Positions 1 to 10,671 of a DNA stretch of 64,000 nt are shown one piece after another. The translations under genes and the position numbers were made by a program. This stretch comes from Patescibacteria group bacterium UBA6241 (GTDB lineage: Bacteria > Patescibacteriota > Minisyncoccia > Phycocordibacterales > Phycocordibacteraceae): contig DJWB01000001.1 of the NCBI GenBank assembly GCA_002441425.1, positions 105,653-169,652 of the forward strand. The letters run 5' to 3'. The notes beneath the pieces are model-generated. The model was not told the origin of the DNA. It was given only the letters and a program-made list of their open reading frames with translations, and made no database searches. The first letter of the stretch is position 1. Every line of letters begins with the position of its first letter.

Positions 1-311
1 GGTACGCTGTAGCAGAAGTGGAGCCCGGCTTCGTCTGAGCCGATGGCGAGCGTGCCGGCCTTGCCGAAGGCACAGGTGTTGTGCGTCCGGCTGAACATGG
101 GGCAGGAAGTGGCCTCCGAAGAGAACTGCCTGGCCGCTTGTCCGGGTCTCGGAGTTGGACGTGCGCCCGGGATGTTGTTGTCGGCGAAGAGCATGAACCC
201 CATCAGGAGCCACACCGCGAACCCTCCGACAAGAACTCCGAGCACGATCCACACCCAAGGGGCGTGTCCGTGATGGTGTTTGTCACCACCTTTTTTAGCA
301 TCTCCGCTCAT
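1..311 (-). CDS. hypothetical membrane-anchored protein (partial, runs off left edge)
   Basis: Manual translation from ATG at 311: MSGDAKKGGDKHHHGHAPWVWIVLGVLVGGFAVWLLMGF..., one TM segment, open to position 1; GC-rich. Confidence 0.6.
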   Translation of the reverse strand, partial: MSGDAKKGGDKHHHGHAPWVWIVLGVLVGGFAVWLLMGFMLFADNNIPGARPTPRPGQAARQFSSEATSCPMFSRTHNTCAFGKAGTLAIGSDEAGLHFCYSV

Positions 312-379
312 GGCGAAATACCCTCACAGTTAAAAGGAACGTGAGGATATTTTATAACTTAATCAAACAAAGTCAAGTG

Positions 380-461
380 TGCTGGGAAGAGGACTTGAAC
401 CTCCACTCCCGAGGGAACCTGCTCCTAAGGCAGGCGCGTCTACCAATTTCGCCATCCCAGC
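380..461 (-). tRNA. tRNA-Leu(TAG)
   Basis: Cloverleaf; anticodon arm cctgc-ctTAGga-gcagg, long variable arm, GGTTCAAGTCC T-loop. Confidence 0.95.
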
Positions 462-502
462 ATTATGGAAACACACGAGCCTGTGCTCGCATGAAATCCG
501 TG

Positions 503-575
503 TCCACCCACCAGGGCTCGAACCTGGGACCCACTGCTTAAGAGGCAGTTGCTCTACCAACTGAGCTATAGGTGG
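503..575 (-). tRNA. tRNA-Lys(CTT)
   Basis: TAGCTCAGTTGGTAGAGC D-arm, anticodon arm actgc-ctCTTaa-gcagt, GGTTCGAGCCC. Confidence 0.95.
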
Positions 576-613
576 AATATGCCAATACTATAAGAGAAGT
601 GCTTGGAATTCAA

Positions 614-1768
614 CTATTCCACAATGCGGAGAATGTGTGCGGGTAGATGTGCAAAGAGTACATAGGGAGTTGTGCCAATTTTCTTTGCCATACCCTTCAT
701 TGAATTGGGTGCGCTTGGGTTGTTACTTATAACAGTAACCATGTCTCCTCGCGCCACACCTCTGCAATCAGTTACATCAACTGATGCCATGTTCATAGAC
801 ACTCTACCTGCAAGAGGACACGCAGTGTCTTCAATACAAACAACACCAGTATTTGAAAGGGCACGGTCTAGACCCTCTGCATACCCAACAGGGATCGTTG
901 CAATAACGCTCGGGCGGGTTGCAGTGAACGTAGCGCCGTATCCTACAGATTCTCCGTGCTGAATAGTCCGCAGGGAAGTTATAGTAGTGCGCATAGAAAG
1001 TACTGGCAGCAAGGGAAGTTCGCTCTCAGGAGCTGTGTCGTAGCCAAATAGCCCCATACCTATGCGTACAGCATTCATGGGCGCGTGTGTGCTAAATCTC
1101 GCACCCTTGGTGGCTGAGATATGGGTGTAGGTAAGAGAGGGGAATGCACTATGGAGTTTTGATAAGCCGCGCTCCCAAATACCGAGCTGCGCTACAGAAA
1201 ACCTCGTGTCCGTATTGTCTGCGTCAGCTAAGTGCGAGCAGACTCCGTCTACATGAAGATTCTGGTTCCTTTGGAGTAGTTCAATACATTCTTCTAGATC
1301 AGTCTCCAGAATCCCGTTCCTGTGCATGCCGGTGTCCAGCTTTATATGCAAAAGACTTTCCTTGTCTGCAATTCTTGAAAGCGTACGGAGCTGTTCTAGG
1401 TCTGTAATAGCAAAGGAAACCCTGGATAGGTGATTATGTGCAATGTCTTCGGGTCGCACATATCCCATAACTACAATAGGAGAGCGAACTCCCCCTTCAC
1501 GAAGCTTTCTAGCTTCGTACAAAGAGTCTACGCAAAAGAAGGCAACGCCCTCCTTATCAAGCAGTCTTCCAATTACACAAAGCCCGTGCCCGTATGCATC
1601 GCTCTTAAGCATAGGGGCAATAGCGAGATGCGGGTATGCCTTTTTATATGTTGCAAGGTTATGCAGCAGGCGCTCCTTAGAAATGGAGATGGTTATGAGG
1701 GGTTCGTATCCGTACAGATGCGAATACACCTTAGAAAGTATTCTTCGTAGGTATCGCATGACGATCAT
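614..1768 (-). CDS. alr: alanine racemase
   Basis: PLP motif MLKSDAYGHG, KLDTGMHRNG, SHLADAD, GYAEG, GRVSMN. Confidence 0.95.
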   Translation of the reverse strand: MIVMRYLRRILSKVYSHLYGYEPLITISISKERLLHNLATYKKAYPHLAIAPMLKSDAYGHGLCVIGRLLDKEGVAFFCVDSLYEARKLREGGVRSPIVVMGYVRPEDIAHNHLSRVSFAITDLEQLRTLSRIADKESLLHIKLDTGMHRNGILETDLEECIELLQRNQNLHVDGVCSHLADADNTDTRFSVAQLGIWERGLSKLHSAFPSLTYTHISATKGARFSTHAPMNAVRIGMGLFGYDTAPESELPLLPVLSMRTTITSLRTIQHGESVGYGATFTATRPSVIATIPVGYAEGLDRALSNTGVVCIEDTACPLAGRVSMNMASVDVTDCRGVARGDMVTVISNNPSAPNSMKGMAKKIGTTPYVLFAHLPAHILRIVE

Positions 1769-1770
1769 AG

Positions 1771-1853
1771 TACCGGGGGCGGGACTCGAACCCGCACGGC
1801 ATTTCTGCCAGGGGATTTTAAGTCCCCGCTGTCTACCATTCCATCACCCCGGC
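1771..1853 (-). tRNA. tRNA-Leu(TAA)
   Basis: Anticodon arm gggga-ctTAAaa-tcccc, long variable arm, GGTTCGAGTCCC. Confidence 0.95.
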
Positions 1854-1870
1854 ATGGTTGTACGCACAGG

Positions 1871-1942
1871 AGGCCTGAGTGGGAATCGAACCCACGCATA
1901 ACGGTTTTGCAGACCGTCGTGTTACCACTTCACCATCAGGCC
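1871..1942 (-). tRNA. tRNA-Cys(GCA)
   Basis: Anticodon arm acggt-ctGCAaa-accgt; GGTTCGATTCCC. Confidence 0.95.
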
Positions 1943-1976
1943 GTATAGGGATAATACCGTGGAGGGCGTCCTGAGG

Positions 1977-2300
1977 CTACACGTCCTTTGAGATATCGTC
2001 TAGGTGCTGACGACTCTTCTCGCCCTGGTCTATTTCAAAGCGAATGAAGGGAAGTCGAGAGAAACGGGTTGTCTTCTTAAGCTCATTACGGAAAATATCC
2101 TTGTGGCGCATAAGGAAGTTAATCGCATGTCCTTCTTCAGCGTCTGGAAATACAGATACAAAAATAGTTGCGTTCTTGCGGTCCTTGGAGAAGTTCGCGC
2201 GTGTAGGGGTGATAAGGGTATCGCGGCCCGCTTCGCGAGAAATATAGCGCCCAGCGCTTTCCAAAAGTATTGATACTGCTCGTTCGTCTCGTGCGCTCAT
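1977..2300 (-). CDS. rbfA: ribosome-binding factor A
   Basis: SKDRKNATIFVS and RLPFIRFEID motifs; directly downstream of infB. Confidence 0.85.
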   Translation of the reverse strand: MSARDERAVSILLESAGRYISREAGRDTLITPTRANFSKDRKNATIFVSVFPDAEEGHAINFLMRHKDIFRNELKKTTRFSRLPFIRFEIDQGEKSRQHLDDISKDV

Positions 2301-2301
2301 A

Positions 2302-3783
2302 TTATTTTGTTTCCGTCATCTTAAAGGCGATGAGCGTGTCTCCTCCAGCAGCCTCATACCGTCCCTCAATCTGCATACCAAACTCTCCTTCCATTTTAAT
2401 TTCAGATACGTCTGCACGAGCCACCTGAAGGTTTATGAGTTTTGCATTTCCCACATGAATACCACGGCGGTCTATCTTTACGGTGTCTCCTACAGAGAGA
2501 ATTCCAGAGATCCAGCGGCCTCCAAGCACCTGCTTGTTGCCTGATGTGTTAAAAGCCTTAAGCACTTTAGCTTCTCCGAGGATCTCCTCAACGGTTACGC
2601 GAGGAGCGCGTGCCGCAACAAGTCTCTCTACATGTTCCTTAAGCTCATAGATAATTGAGAAAGTACCAATTTCAATTCCTGTGCGCTCTGCGAAGTCTCT
2701 TGCAGCACTGTCTGTGCCCACATTGAAGGCAATAACAGTTCCTCCTGCAGCCTGAGCTGTTTTCATGTCATTCTCTGAAACAGCACCGATACCTTCTTGG
2801 ATGATGCGGACAACTACACGCTCGTGCGTTATCTTCGCGAGCTCATGCTTAATAGCGAGTACACTTCCTGTTACATCTGTTTTAACTATGAGGGGGAGAA
2901 CAACAACGCCATTCTCTGTAGCTTCAACCTGTGCACGGATAGGAGCCTTTCCAGTTTCAGCAGCAAGCTTCTCTGCATCCTTCTTGTTCTTTGCAACACA
3001 GAAGGGAGTTCCTGCAGGAGGGAGTTCGCTCCATCCTGAAATACGGATTGGCTGCGAAGGAGTTGCCGTATCAATACGGCCTCCCGTGAAGTCCTCAATA
3101 AAGCGTACTGGTGCTATAGCATTGCCTGCAACAGCAAATGTGCCAGTAGCAAGACTTCCGTCCTTAACAATGAGTGTTGCAGACATACCCCGCTTTGGGT
3201 CCTGAGAAGACTCAAGAACGTAGCCTGTTGCAAGCTGTGAAGCATCAGCTGAAAGCTCTGCAAGGTCTGCAGTAAGGAGTACGAGATCAAGAAGCTCTGG
3301 AACACCCTCTCCAGATTTTGAAGAAACTCCTGTGTATGAAATAGAACCTCCGAGACCCTCAAGATAAATACCGTGCTCAAGTGCGGACACCTTTGCCTTT
3401 TCAACATCTGCTCCAGCCTTGTCTATCTTGGTGAAGGCAACAACAAACGGAGTACCAGCTTCAGTAATCGCCTCAAACGCCTCAAGCGTCTGTGGCTTCA
3501 CGCCTTCTTCAGCCGCAATAACAAGAATCGCAATATCAGCAGCCTGTGCACCGCGTGCACGAAGTGCTCTGAATGCCTCGTGTCCTGGAGTGTCTAGAAA
3601 GGTGATACGACGGGTCTCTCCCTCGTATTCATGTGCTGCTTCGTACGCAGATACGTGTTGCGTAATACCTCCCGCTTCGTCAGCAGTGACATTGGTTTTG
3701 CGGATATAATCAAGCAGGGAAGACTTTCCATGGTCGATGTGGCCCATAACGGCCACGATTGGTGGTCGGGTAGTTCGCTCCAT
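2302..3783 (-). CDS. infB: translation initiation factor IF-2 (short form)
   Basis: [34 protein letters not shown]. Confidence 0.97.
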   Translation of the reverse strand: MERTTRPPIVAVMGHIDHGKSSLLDYIRKTNVTADEAGGITQHVSAYEAAHEYEGETRRITFLDTPGHEAFRALRARGAQAADIAILVIAAEEGVKPQTLEAFEAITEAGTPFVVAFTKIDKAGADVEKAKVSALEHGIYLEGLGGSISYTGVSSKSGEGVPELLDLVLLTADLAELSADASQLATGYVLESSQDPKRGMSATLIVKDGSLATGTFAVAGNAIAPVRFIEDFTGGRIDTATPSQPIRISGWSELPPAGTPFCVAKNKKDAEKLAAETGKAPIRAQVEATENGVVVLPLIVKTDVTGSVLAIKHELAKITHERVVVRIIQEGIGAVSENDMKTAQAAGGTVIAFNVGTDSAARDFAERTGIEIGTFSIIYELKEHVERLVAARAPRVTVEEILGEAKVLKAFNTSGNKQVLGGRWISGILSVGDTVKIDRRGIHVGNAKLINLQVARADVSEIKMEGEFGMQIEGRYEAAGGDTLIAFKMTETK

Positions 3784-3843
3784 AACTGGCCTCAGTAGAC
3801 CATTTTACTTGCATAAATGCAATGAAGACTGCACGCTGTACCT

Positions 3844-5004
3844 ATGTTTTCTAAAAGACGCACCTATTTAGACTGGGCAGCTAGTGCTCCCGTCTTGCCA
3901 GATGCACTCCGTGCGTTTAACGCAGCAGTGGTGCTTCCAGGCAATCCCTCTTCTCCTCATGAAGAGGGTCTCAAGGCGCATGAACTTCTGGAAGATGCAC
4001 GCACTCGCATCGCACGGCTCGCCTCAGTTAAAAGCACTGCCGTTATCTTTACGGCTGGTGCTACAGAGGCAAACGCTATTGCCATAGGAGGGTTTGTAGA
4101 GAAAAAGATTCAAGAAGGAGCAGATCCTTCTTCCTTGCACGTGTTGTATTTGCCAACAGCACACGCTTCAACGAGAGGCGCAATTGAATTGCTTCGCGTT
4201 CGCGGAGTTATGTGTGAGGCACTGCCCGTACAAGACTTCGCTCTAGATTTGAACGCAACTAAGAAACTCCTTAAGCCAGAGACAGTACTTATTGCAGTTG
4301 AGCTCGTGTGTGGAGAGACCGGAGTGCGGTTTCCGGTGCGCGATCTGAAGCGTCTCATTGATGCAGCAGGATTAAAGACGCAACTACATGTAGACGCAAG
4401 CCAAGCACCCTTGGAGGAATCAATAGAGCTAACTCGTCTGGGAGCGGACACGCTATCTCTAGACGCACAGAAAGTAGGGGGTGTTCGGGGTATTGGTGTA
4501 CTTATTGCTCCAAAGCTTTCTTCCCTTTCTCCGCTTATCCGAGGAGGAGGGCAGGAGCAGGGACTTCGTCCGGGAACTGAGTCCCCTGCGCTTGCGAGTA
4601 GTTTTGCAACAGCACTGGAAGCGTGCAACTGGAAAGAATTTTCAGAGCAGGCAACAAAGCAACGGAAGAATCTTCTTGCACTTATCTCTGCAGGTATTCC
4701 TGATGTTGTTGCTAACGAAGGAAAGGAAAATGCAGCACACATACTAAACATCTCTCTTCCTGGAGAAGATACTGATTATCTTGTTGCACTTATGAACGAA
4801 GCGGGGATTGCGCTCTCAACAAAGAGCGCGTGCGAGACAGACGAATTGGGATCACGTGTTGTTGAGACTTTTACGAAAGATAGTGCAAGAGCACTCGCAA
4901 CACTCCGTATTTCATGGGGCCCCACAACTAAAGAGAGCGAGCTACAGCGGTGCGCGAAGGAGCTTATTCGCGCAGTTAGATTCGTACGGGGGAACGGGGT
5001 ATAA
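3844..5004 (+). CDS. cysteine desulfurase family (class V PLP aminotransferase)
   Basis: YLDWAAS, GNPSSPH, FTAGATEAN, HVDASQ, AQKVGG, GGGQE, STKSAC. Confidence 0.9.
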   Translation: MFSKRRTYLDWAASAPVLPDALRAFNAAVVLPGNPSSPHEEGLKAHELLEDARTRIARLASVKSTAVIFTAGATEANAIAIGGFVEKKIQEGADPSSLHVLYLPTAHASTRGAIELLRVRGVMCEALPVQDFALDLNATKKLLKPETVLIAVELVCGETGVRFPVRDLKRLIDAAGLKTQLHVDASQAPLEESIELTRLGADTLSLDAQKVGGVRGIGVLIAPKLSSLSPLIRGGGQEQGLRPGTESPALASSFATALEACNWKEFSEQATKQRKNLLALISAGIPDVVANEGKENAAHILNISLPGEDTDYLVALMNEAGIALSTKSACETDELGSRVVETFTKDSARALATLRISWGPTTKESELQRCAKELIRAVRFVRGNGV

Positions 5005-5013
5005 TTTTCGTAT

Positions 5014-5760
5014 ATGAATATAGAGGATCTCTCAAAAACACAGCTGCTCCTACTTACCATTCTCGTTAACTTCATAACTGCTATTGCAACAGCAGTTATG
5101 ACGGTGTCCCTTTTGGACCAGGCACCTCCGACAGTTACGCAGACGGTTAACCGTATTGTTGAGAGAACGGTTGAGCAAGCAACTCAGGCGGCGCCTCTTC
5201 CGGGAATCGTAACTAAGGAGACTACAGTTGTTATTAAGAACGAGGATCTCCTTTCTGCAGCTATTGGAGCTGATGCAGCCCGCACGGTGTTGATCCGCAA
5301 AGGAGCAACCTCAACTCCTGTGCTTGCAGTTGGAACGTTCCTTCCGAAGTCACGCGCTGTTGTAACGGCAACCGTCGCAGGACTTCCTAAGGAAGCAACC
5401 ATCTCATTCCCAGACGGAACAAGTGTAGAAGCATCGCTCTCAAAGCCGGGAGCCACGCTAACCGTATACGGATTCTCTGATACTGAGGTTCTCCCAAATG
5501 CACCTGTGCCAGATCTCATTGCTGCAGCAGATCTTAAGCAAGGACAGACACTTATCTCTCTTACTCGCGACAACAGCGCAATAACCGGCATCATCTCTAA
5601 GGTAGACGCAGAGGGAATTCACTCAAATGTAACGGGAGTTCCTGCAGGAGCTGCAGCAGTTAACATCTCAGGAGACATTATCGGTATCGCAACCAGTGTT
5701 CCTGGACTCTTTGCACCAGCAGACAAGATCTCTATCTTGCTCACCTCAGAAGATCTGTAA
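5014..5760 (+). CDS. membrane-anchored trypsin/HtrA-like protein, catalytic residues not evident
   Basis: N-terminal TM helix; C-terminal GAAAVNISGDIIGI resembles S1C GGPLxNxxGEVIGI but lacks GNSGG. Confidence 0.5.
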   Translation: MNIEDLSKTQLLLLTILVNFITAIATAVMTVSLLDQAPPTVTQTVNRIVERTVEQATQAAPLPGIVTKETTVVIKNEDLLSAAIGADAARTVLIRKGATSTPVLAVGTFLPKSRAVVTATVAGLPKEATISFPDGTSVEASLSKPGATLTVYGFSDTEVLPNAPVPDLIAAADLKQGQTLISLTRDNSAITGIISKVDAEGIHSNVTGVPAGAAAVNISGDIIGIATSVPGLFAPADKISILLTSEDL

Positions 5761-5806
5761 TAAGATCCTCATCTGATCGTCATTATTAGTATCCTATACA
5801 GCACCT

Positions 5807-8482
5807 ATGCCACCATTCAAGAACTTCACCACCAAAGCAAAGGAAGCAATAAAGAAAGCACATGAGCTGGCTATTGAGCGTGGGCAAAACCATGTGAGTC
5901 CACTGCACCTGCTTACGGCACTCATACATCAGGAGGAGAGCCTCGTGTTCTCTGTGCTTGATCGCTTGGATATAGATACGATTCTGCTTGCAGATACGTT
6001 GCTTGAAGCGCTAGAAATGCCTGAGCCCTCTGCAACCCTTTCTCCTTCATACAATCTGTACCTCACTCCAGACTTGGCTCAAGCAATTGAAGCAGCTGCC
6101 AAGGTTGCTGCACGCATGAATGATTCATTTATTGGAACAGAGCACCTCTTTGTTGCAGTACTTGAGCATCCGGGATCTTCAGCTGACTTGCTTTCTCGTT
6201 TTCGCATTGATGCGGAGGTTGTGCTCGCTACGCTTAAAGAACTTAAGAATGCAAAGGATGGAGAAGTACAGGAGCCTAAGAAGTTCCGCGCACTTGCAAA
6301 GTACACGCGCAATCTTACGAAGCTCGCTTCAGACAATGCACTTGATCCAGTTATTGGAAGAGACCAAGAGATTAGCCGCGTTATTCAGATACTCTCTCGC
6401 CGCACCAAGAACAATCCAGTACTTATTGGAGAGCCCGGAACTGGAAAGACCACTATTGCAGAGGGCCTTGCGTGCCGCATTGCTGCCGGAGAAGTGCCGG
6501 AGTCTCTGAAGGGCAAGGAACTCCTCTCTCTTGATCTTGGTCTCATGATTGCAGGCACGAAGTATCGTGGAGAATTTGAGGAGCGTATGAAGGGCGTTAT
6601 GAAAGAAGTAGAGAAGTCTGACGGAAGAGTCATTCTCTTTGTAGACGAGCTGCATACCATCGTAGGAGCGGGAGCTGCTGAGGGTGCTATGGATGCAAGC
6701 AATATGCTGAAGCCAGCTCTGGCTCGTGGAGAGATTCGTATGATTGGTGCGACAACCATCAAGGAGTACCAGCAGCATATTGAGAAGGACGGTGCACTCA
6801 CCCGCCGCTTCCAGCCAGTATTTGTTGAAGAGCCTTCTATTGAAGACGCTGTTGCCATTTTGCGCGGGTTGCGTGACAAGTACGAGCTCTTCCATGGGGT
6901 GCGTATCACAGACGGGGCAGTTGTCTCTGCTGTTGAATTGTCTTCGCGCTACATAACGGATCGCTATCTTCCAGACAAAGCAGTTGATCTTATTGATGAG
7001 GCTGCATCAGGACTACGCATCGCGCTTGAGAACAAGCCGCCGCAGCTTGAAGAGGCAGATCGCAAGATCCGCCGTCTGGAGATTGAAAAGGAGGCGCTAA
7101 AGAAAGATGAGGAGACAGGACACGCCAAAGATGTGCGAGACCGCCTCAAGGCAATTGATTCAGAAATTGCAGACCTTAAGGAGAAGACTTCTGAACTAGA
7201 ACTTAAGTGGAAGAACGAGAAGGAGGTTCTTGAAGCTATCCGCAAGATTAAGAGCGAGCTAGACAAACTGCGCATGCAGGCTGATAGCGCAGAGGCTATG
7301 GCAGACCTCGGAACTGCTGCAGAGATTAGGTACGGACGTATCCCTGTCCTTGAGAAGGATTTGGAAGCTAAGTCTAAGCGCCTCAAGACACTTCAGAAAT
7401 CTCGTCGCATTCTGCACGAGGAAGTAACTGAGCAAGAGATTGCAGGTGTGGTTGCGCGCTGGACGGGCATCCCTGTATCTAAGATGTTGGAAGAGGAAGC
7501 TGCAAAGCTCTCACGTATGGAAGAAGCACTCAAGGGAGCAGTTATTGGGCAAGACAATGCCGTTAAGATTATCTCTGACGCGGTGAAGCGCTCCCGTGTG
7601 GGTATTTCTGATCCACATCGTCCTATTGGCTCATTCCTCTTCCTCGGACCGACTGGAGTTGGAAAGACAGAGCTCTCACGCAAGCTTGCTGAGTTTATGT
7701 TTAACGACAAGGACTCACTCGTGCGTGTTGATATGAGTGAGTTTATGGAGAAGCACTCTATAGCAAAGCTTATTGGAGCGCCTCCAGGATATGTGGGATA
7801 CGAGGAGGCTGGATCACTCACTGAGCGTATTCGTCATCGCCCGTATGCCGTTATTCTCTTTGACGAGATTGAGAAAGCACACCCAGAAGTGTTCAACATC
7901 CTTCTGCAGGTTCTTGATTCAGGACACCTTACTGATGGAAAGGGACGCAAGGTTAACTTCAAGAACACCATCATTGTGCTCACCTCAAACATTGGTGCTG
8001 AGTACATTGATCGCATGGCGAACATTGGATTCAACATTGATGGAGCTGATGATATTGCGCAGTACGCACAGGTTAAGGAGAAGGTTATGGGCGCTCTCAA
8101 GGACCACTTCCGTCCTGAGTTCCTCAACCGTCTTGATGACATTGTGATGTTTGATGTTCTTGGCAAAGACACGCTTGCCCAGATCATTGAGAATCAAGTG
8201 GCTGAGATTGTGGAGCGCCTTTCAACAAAGCGCATCACGCTTAAGATCGCTCCTGAGGTGCGCGCCTGGCTTGCCGAGAAGGGATATAACCCACAATACG
8301 GTGCACGTCCCCTGAAGCGCGCTATTCAGGACCACATTCTTACCCCTATCGCCACGCTTATGGTTGGCAAGGGCATTATGGAGGGTGGAGCAGTCTCTGT
8401 GACGCTTAAGAATGGGGAGCCTTCCTTTGAGGTAGCTAAAGCCCCGAAGCGGGCTAAGGCCAAAGCTAAGGCCGTTGCATAG
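5807..8482 (+). CDS. clpB: ATP-dependent chaperone ClpB
   Basis: Two AAA+ modules ([16 protein letters not shown]), coiled-coil middle domain, YGARPLKR. Confidence 0.95.
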   Translation: MPPFKNFTTKAKEAIKKAHELAIERGQNHVSPLHLLTALIHQEESLVFSVLDRLDIDTILLADTLLEALEMPEPSATLSPSYNLYLTPDLAQAIEAAAKVAARMNDSFIGTEHLFVAVLEHPGSSADLLSRFRIDAEVVLATLKELKNAKDGEVQEPKKFRALAKYTRNLTKLASDNALDPVIGRDQEISRVIQILSRRTKNNPVLIGEPGTGKTTIAEGLACRIAAGEVPESLKGKELLSLDLGLMIAGTKYRGEFEERMKGVMKEVEKSDGRVILFVDELHTIVGAGAAEGAMDASNMLKPALARGEIRMIGATTIKEYQQHIEKDGALTRRFQPVFVEEPSIEDAVAILRGLRDKYELFHGVRITDGAVVSAVELSSRYITDRYLPDKAVDLIDEAASGLRIALENKPPQLEEADRKIRRLEIEKEALKKDEETGHAKDVRDRLKAIDSEIADLKEKTSELELKWKNEKEVLEAIRKIKSELDKLRMQADSAEAMADLGTAAEIRYGRIPVLEKDLEAKSKRLKTLQKSRRILHEEVTEQEIAGVVARWTGIPVSKMLEEEAAKLSRMEEALKGAVIGQDNAVKIISDAVKRSRVGISDPHRPIGSFLFLGPTGVGKTELSRKLAEFMFNDKDSLVRVDMSEFMEKHSIAKLIGAPPGYVGYEEAGSLTERIRHRPYAVILFDEIEKAHPEVFNILLQVLDSGHLTDGKGRKVNFKNTIIVLTSNIGAEYIDRMANIGFNIDGADDIAQYAQVKEKVMGALKDHFRPEFLNRLDDIVMFDVLGKDTLAQIIENQVAEIVERLSTKRITLKIAPEVRAWLAEKGYNPQYGARPLKRAIQDHILTPIATLMVGKGIMEGGAVSVTLKNGEPSFEVAKAPKRAKAKAKAVA

Positions 8483-8513
8483 CAGGACGTCTACTGCTAT
8501 AGTCCTCCTATCT

Positions 8514-8666
8514 ATGTCACAGGATCGCCTCATCATATTGCGCTCAGCGTCAGGACACGTCCGTCGCTCTCGCAAGAACAAGAAGAAAGTAGAGCGCAAG
8601 ATTGAACTTAAGAAGTTTGATCCAAACACTCGCACCCGCGAAATCTACAAGGAAGTTAAGAAATAA
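8514..8666 (+). CDS. rpmG: 50S ribosomal protein L33
   Basis: RKNKKKVERKIELKKFDP...YKE; ATG at 8514. Confidence 0.9.
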   Translation: MSQDRLIILRSASGHVRRSRKNKKKVERKIELKKFDPNTRTREIYKEVKK

Positions 8667-8667
8667 A

Positions 8668-8728
8668 GAAAGCCGCCCGTGAGGGCGGTTTTTCTAATGA
8701 ACAGCACCCATCAGTGACGGGTGCTGTT
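8668..8728. terminator. two adjacent intrinsic terminator hairpins between convergent genes
   Basis: agccgccc-gtga-gggcggtt+T run; acagcaccc...gggtgctgtt. Confidence 0.75.
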
Positions 8729-8930
8729 AGCGGGAGAGCTTCTTGATGCTCAGAATCTTTACGCCGCCGTGCATCATGGTTGAGATGCCGAGTTTGCTGC
8801 AGGCTTCAAGTCGAGCCTTTCTCTTGGCAGCAGGCTCGTCCTCGGCATAGACCTCAACGGTACATTTATCTCCGTGTTCCAACATAAACACGTTACCGAA
8901 CTGGCAGCTAACTTCCCAACGAGAAGTCAT
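8727..8930 (-). CDS. small hypothetical protein
   Basis: 67 aa ORF with GGAGGAG RBS and its own terminator hairpin. Confidence 0.6.
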   Translation of the reverse strand: MTSRWEVSCQFGNVFMLEHGDKCTVEVYAEDEPAAKRKARLEACSKLGISTMMHGGVKILSIKKLSR

Positions 8931-9050
8931 AGTCTCCTCCCAGGTGTTCTAAAGGTGCAGATGCACCCTACATTATTTAGGATTGTTTGTCAGCGACTTT
9001 GTGAGCTGGACACACAGTTAGACTTAATTAAGGAACTATTTTGAAGGCGG

Positions 9051-9080
9051 TTGACAGCTGTATAGCATATCCGCTATACT
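9051..9080 (+). promoter_or_regulatory. sigma70 promoter with overlapping palindromic operator
   Basis: TTGACA(9051)-N18-TATACT(9075); inverted repeat GTATAGC-N6-GCTATAC at 9060-9079. Confidence 0.75.
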
Positions 9081-9086
9081 TTGCTT

Positions 9087-9509
9087 ATGGGTGATTTATC
9101 CGATAGTTCCTTAGGCACAACGCTTCCCGATCTGTGGACCGTAGACTTTGCGTCTGGTCCTGATGGTATTTGTTATGCAGATAAGGAGTTTTTGGATGGT
9201 CTTCACTCACAGGATCACGTTACTTTTGAAAGAGTTTTTGACCGAATAAACAGGGTGACAGCGTGGGATATTGACTCAGTCTTCCGTTCACACTATTTAA
9301 AGCCAATTGATAATGGCCTTGTAGAACTTAGGCTGAGTGTTGGGAGTGAGGTACGGTTCCTGGGCTTTGTATCTTATGATGCTCCATCACCAATCCTCTA
9401 TATTGTTTGTGGCTTCCGAAAGAAGTCGCAAGCCATTCCTGACCGGCACATACGTCACGCACTGGAACGAAAACAATTGATTGAAAGTATTCGCGGCCCT
9501 ACTAAATAA
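9087..9509 (+). CDS. RelE/HigB (Gp49-like) toxin family protein
   Basis: LKPIDNGLVELR...VRFLGF...IVCGFRKKSQAIP...ALER pattern; upstream of HTH gene. Confidence 0.75.
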   Translation: MGDLSDSSLGTTLPDLWTVDFASGPDGICYADKEFLDGLHSQDHVTFERVFDRINRVTAWDIDSVFRSHYLKPIDNGLVELRLSVGSEVRFLGFVSYDAPSPILYIVCGFRKKSQAIPDRHIRHALERKQLIESIRGPTK

Positions 9510-9512
9510 CTT

Positions 9513-9965
9513 ATGGACTACAAAGACTACCTTCGGAAAAAAAAGATTAGCTTACCAAAATCAGACCTTTCGTTTGAGCTTAGCAGCCTTATTACCGAAG
9601 CACGTCTTTACGCGGGCCTTTCTCAGGCTGAACTTGCGAAAAAGATGGGGACTACACAGTCCAGTATTGCTAGAGCAGAAGGGGGAGAGATGCATCCAAG
9701 CATTGAATTTCTTGATCGGGTTGCAAAAGCAGTTGGCACTCATCTTGTTTACCCCAAGTTTGGTTTTATGATTGAACGAGAACAGAGAGGTACCCAGAAT
9801 ATGTTTGCTGAAGTTAGAAACAGCAGAATTTTCTCAAAACCCAGTATGAACTTGTGTGCAATTGTTGCGCCTCAACCAAGCTCAGCTGTAAAGTTTACTG
9901 CCTATGTTACGTCTACAGCATCAAAAAATCCGTCAGAATGCCTATTACTAGCAACCCAAAGATAA
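9513..9965 (+). CDS. XRE/HigA-like HTH antitoxin with C-terminal extension
   Basis: ARLYAGLSQAELAKKMGTTQSSIARAEGG...PSIEFLDRVAKAVG. Confidence 0.85.
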   Translation: MDYKDYLRKKKISLPKSDLSFELSSLITEARLYAGLSQAELAKKMGTTQSSIARAEGGEMHPSIEFLDRVAKAVGTHLVYPKFGFMIEREQRGTQNMFAEVRNSRIFSKPSMNLCAIVAPQPSSAVKFTAYVTSTASKNPSECLLLATQR

Positions 9966-9977
9966 TTTATGTAATTT

Positions 9978-10466
9978 ATGAAAAAGGAAAACCTCGGAGT
10001 TAGAGTAAATTGGGCAATGCTTTGTGAGAATGCATCTGTTGACCAGAATACAAACACAGTAAGTCTTTTTAACGTTCTAGAAGAGCTCACCTTGAGCCAG
10101 GGGCCACTTTCAGTGGATGATGTAAAAGCAGGCGGGGAGCTTATGGACTTCCCCGAAAAAACACAAGTAAACTCAAAACATGTCTTGGTTGTGCAAGTAG
10201 AAAGAGAGACAGGTGCAAACAAAGATTCAAAGATCCAGATGCAACTAGAGGTTGCTGATCCTAGTGGAGAGGTGTTGCTAAAAAACGAATTTCCAATACT
10301 TTTTGGGGTCAGTGATGTTAGTAGGACAAGAGCTATCATTAGCTTTGACGGTATGCTTGTCACCAAGTCTGGTAAATATACCTATACAATTTCTACTAAG
10401 TCAGTAGGAGCTAAGATTTATACAAAGCAATATTCAGTGATCTTGGATGTAAAGATTAGAAAGTAG
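9978..10466 (+). CDS. hypothetical beta-rich protein (DUF6941-like)
   Basis: WAMLCENASVDQNTNTVSLFNV N-terminus; GKYTYTI near C-terminus; family assignment from memory. Confidence 0.55.
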   Translation: MKKENLGVRVNWAMLCENASVDQNTNTVSLFNVLEELTLSQGPLSVDDVKAGGELMDFPEKTQVNSKHVLVVQVERETGANKDSKIQMQLEVADPSGEVLLKNEFPILFGVSDVSRTRAIISFDGMLVTKSGKYTYTISTKSVGAKIYTKQYSVILDVKIRK

Positions 10467-10524
10467 AAGAACCTACTTGCTGTCATCTGAAAGTCTTGAT
10501 GATCCAGATAGCGATTGTTTTATG

Positions 10525-10595
10525 CGGGCCCACGAGGAATCGAACCTCGACCGACGGTTTTGGAGACCGACGTTCTACCATTAAACTATAGGCCC
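10525..10595 (-). tRNA. tRNA-Trp(CCA)
   Basis: Anticodon arm tcggt-ctCCAaa-accgt; GGTTCGATTCC. Confidence 0.95.
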
Positions 10596-10671
10596 TTCGT
10601 TTGACACGATACCAGACTATAGGGTGTGGGAAAAGAAGCAGGAGGTACAACCCTTACGCTACAATGTTTCT

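Noticed and set aside
43-564. Short ORFs over the window start and tRNAs
   Set aside because: Shadows of a minus-strand gene (start 311) and of tRNA-Leu and tRNA-Lys.
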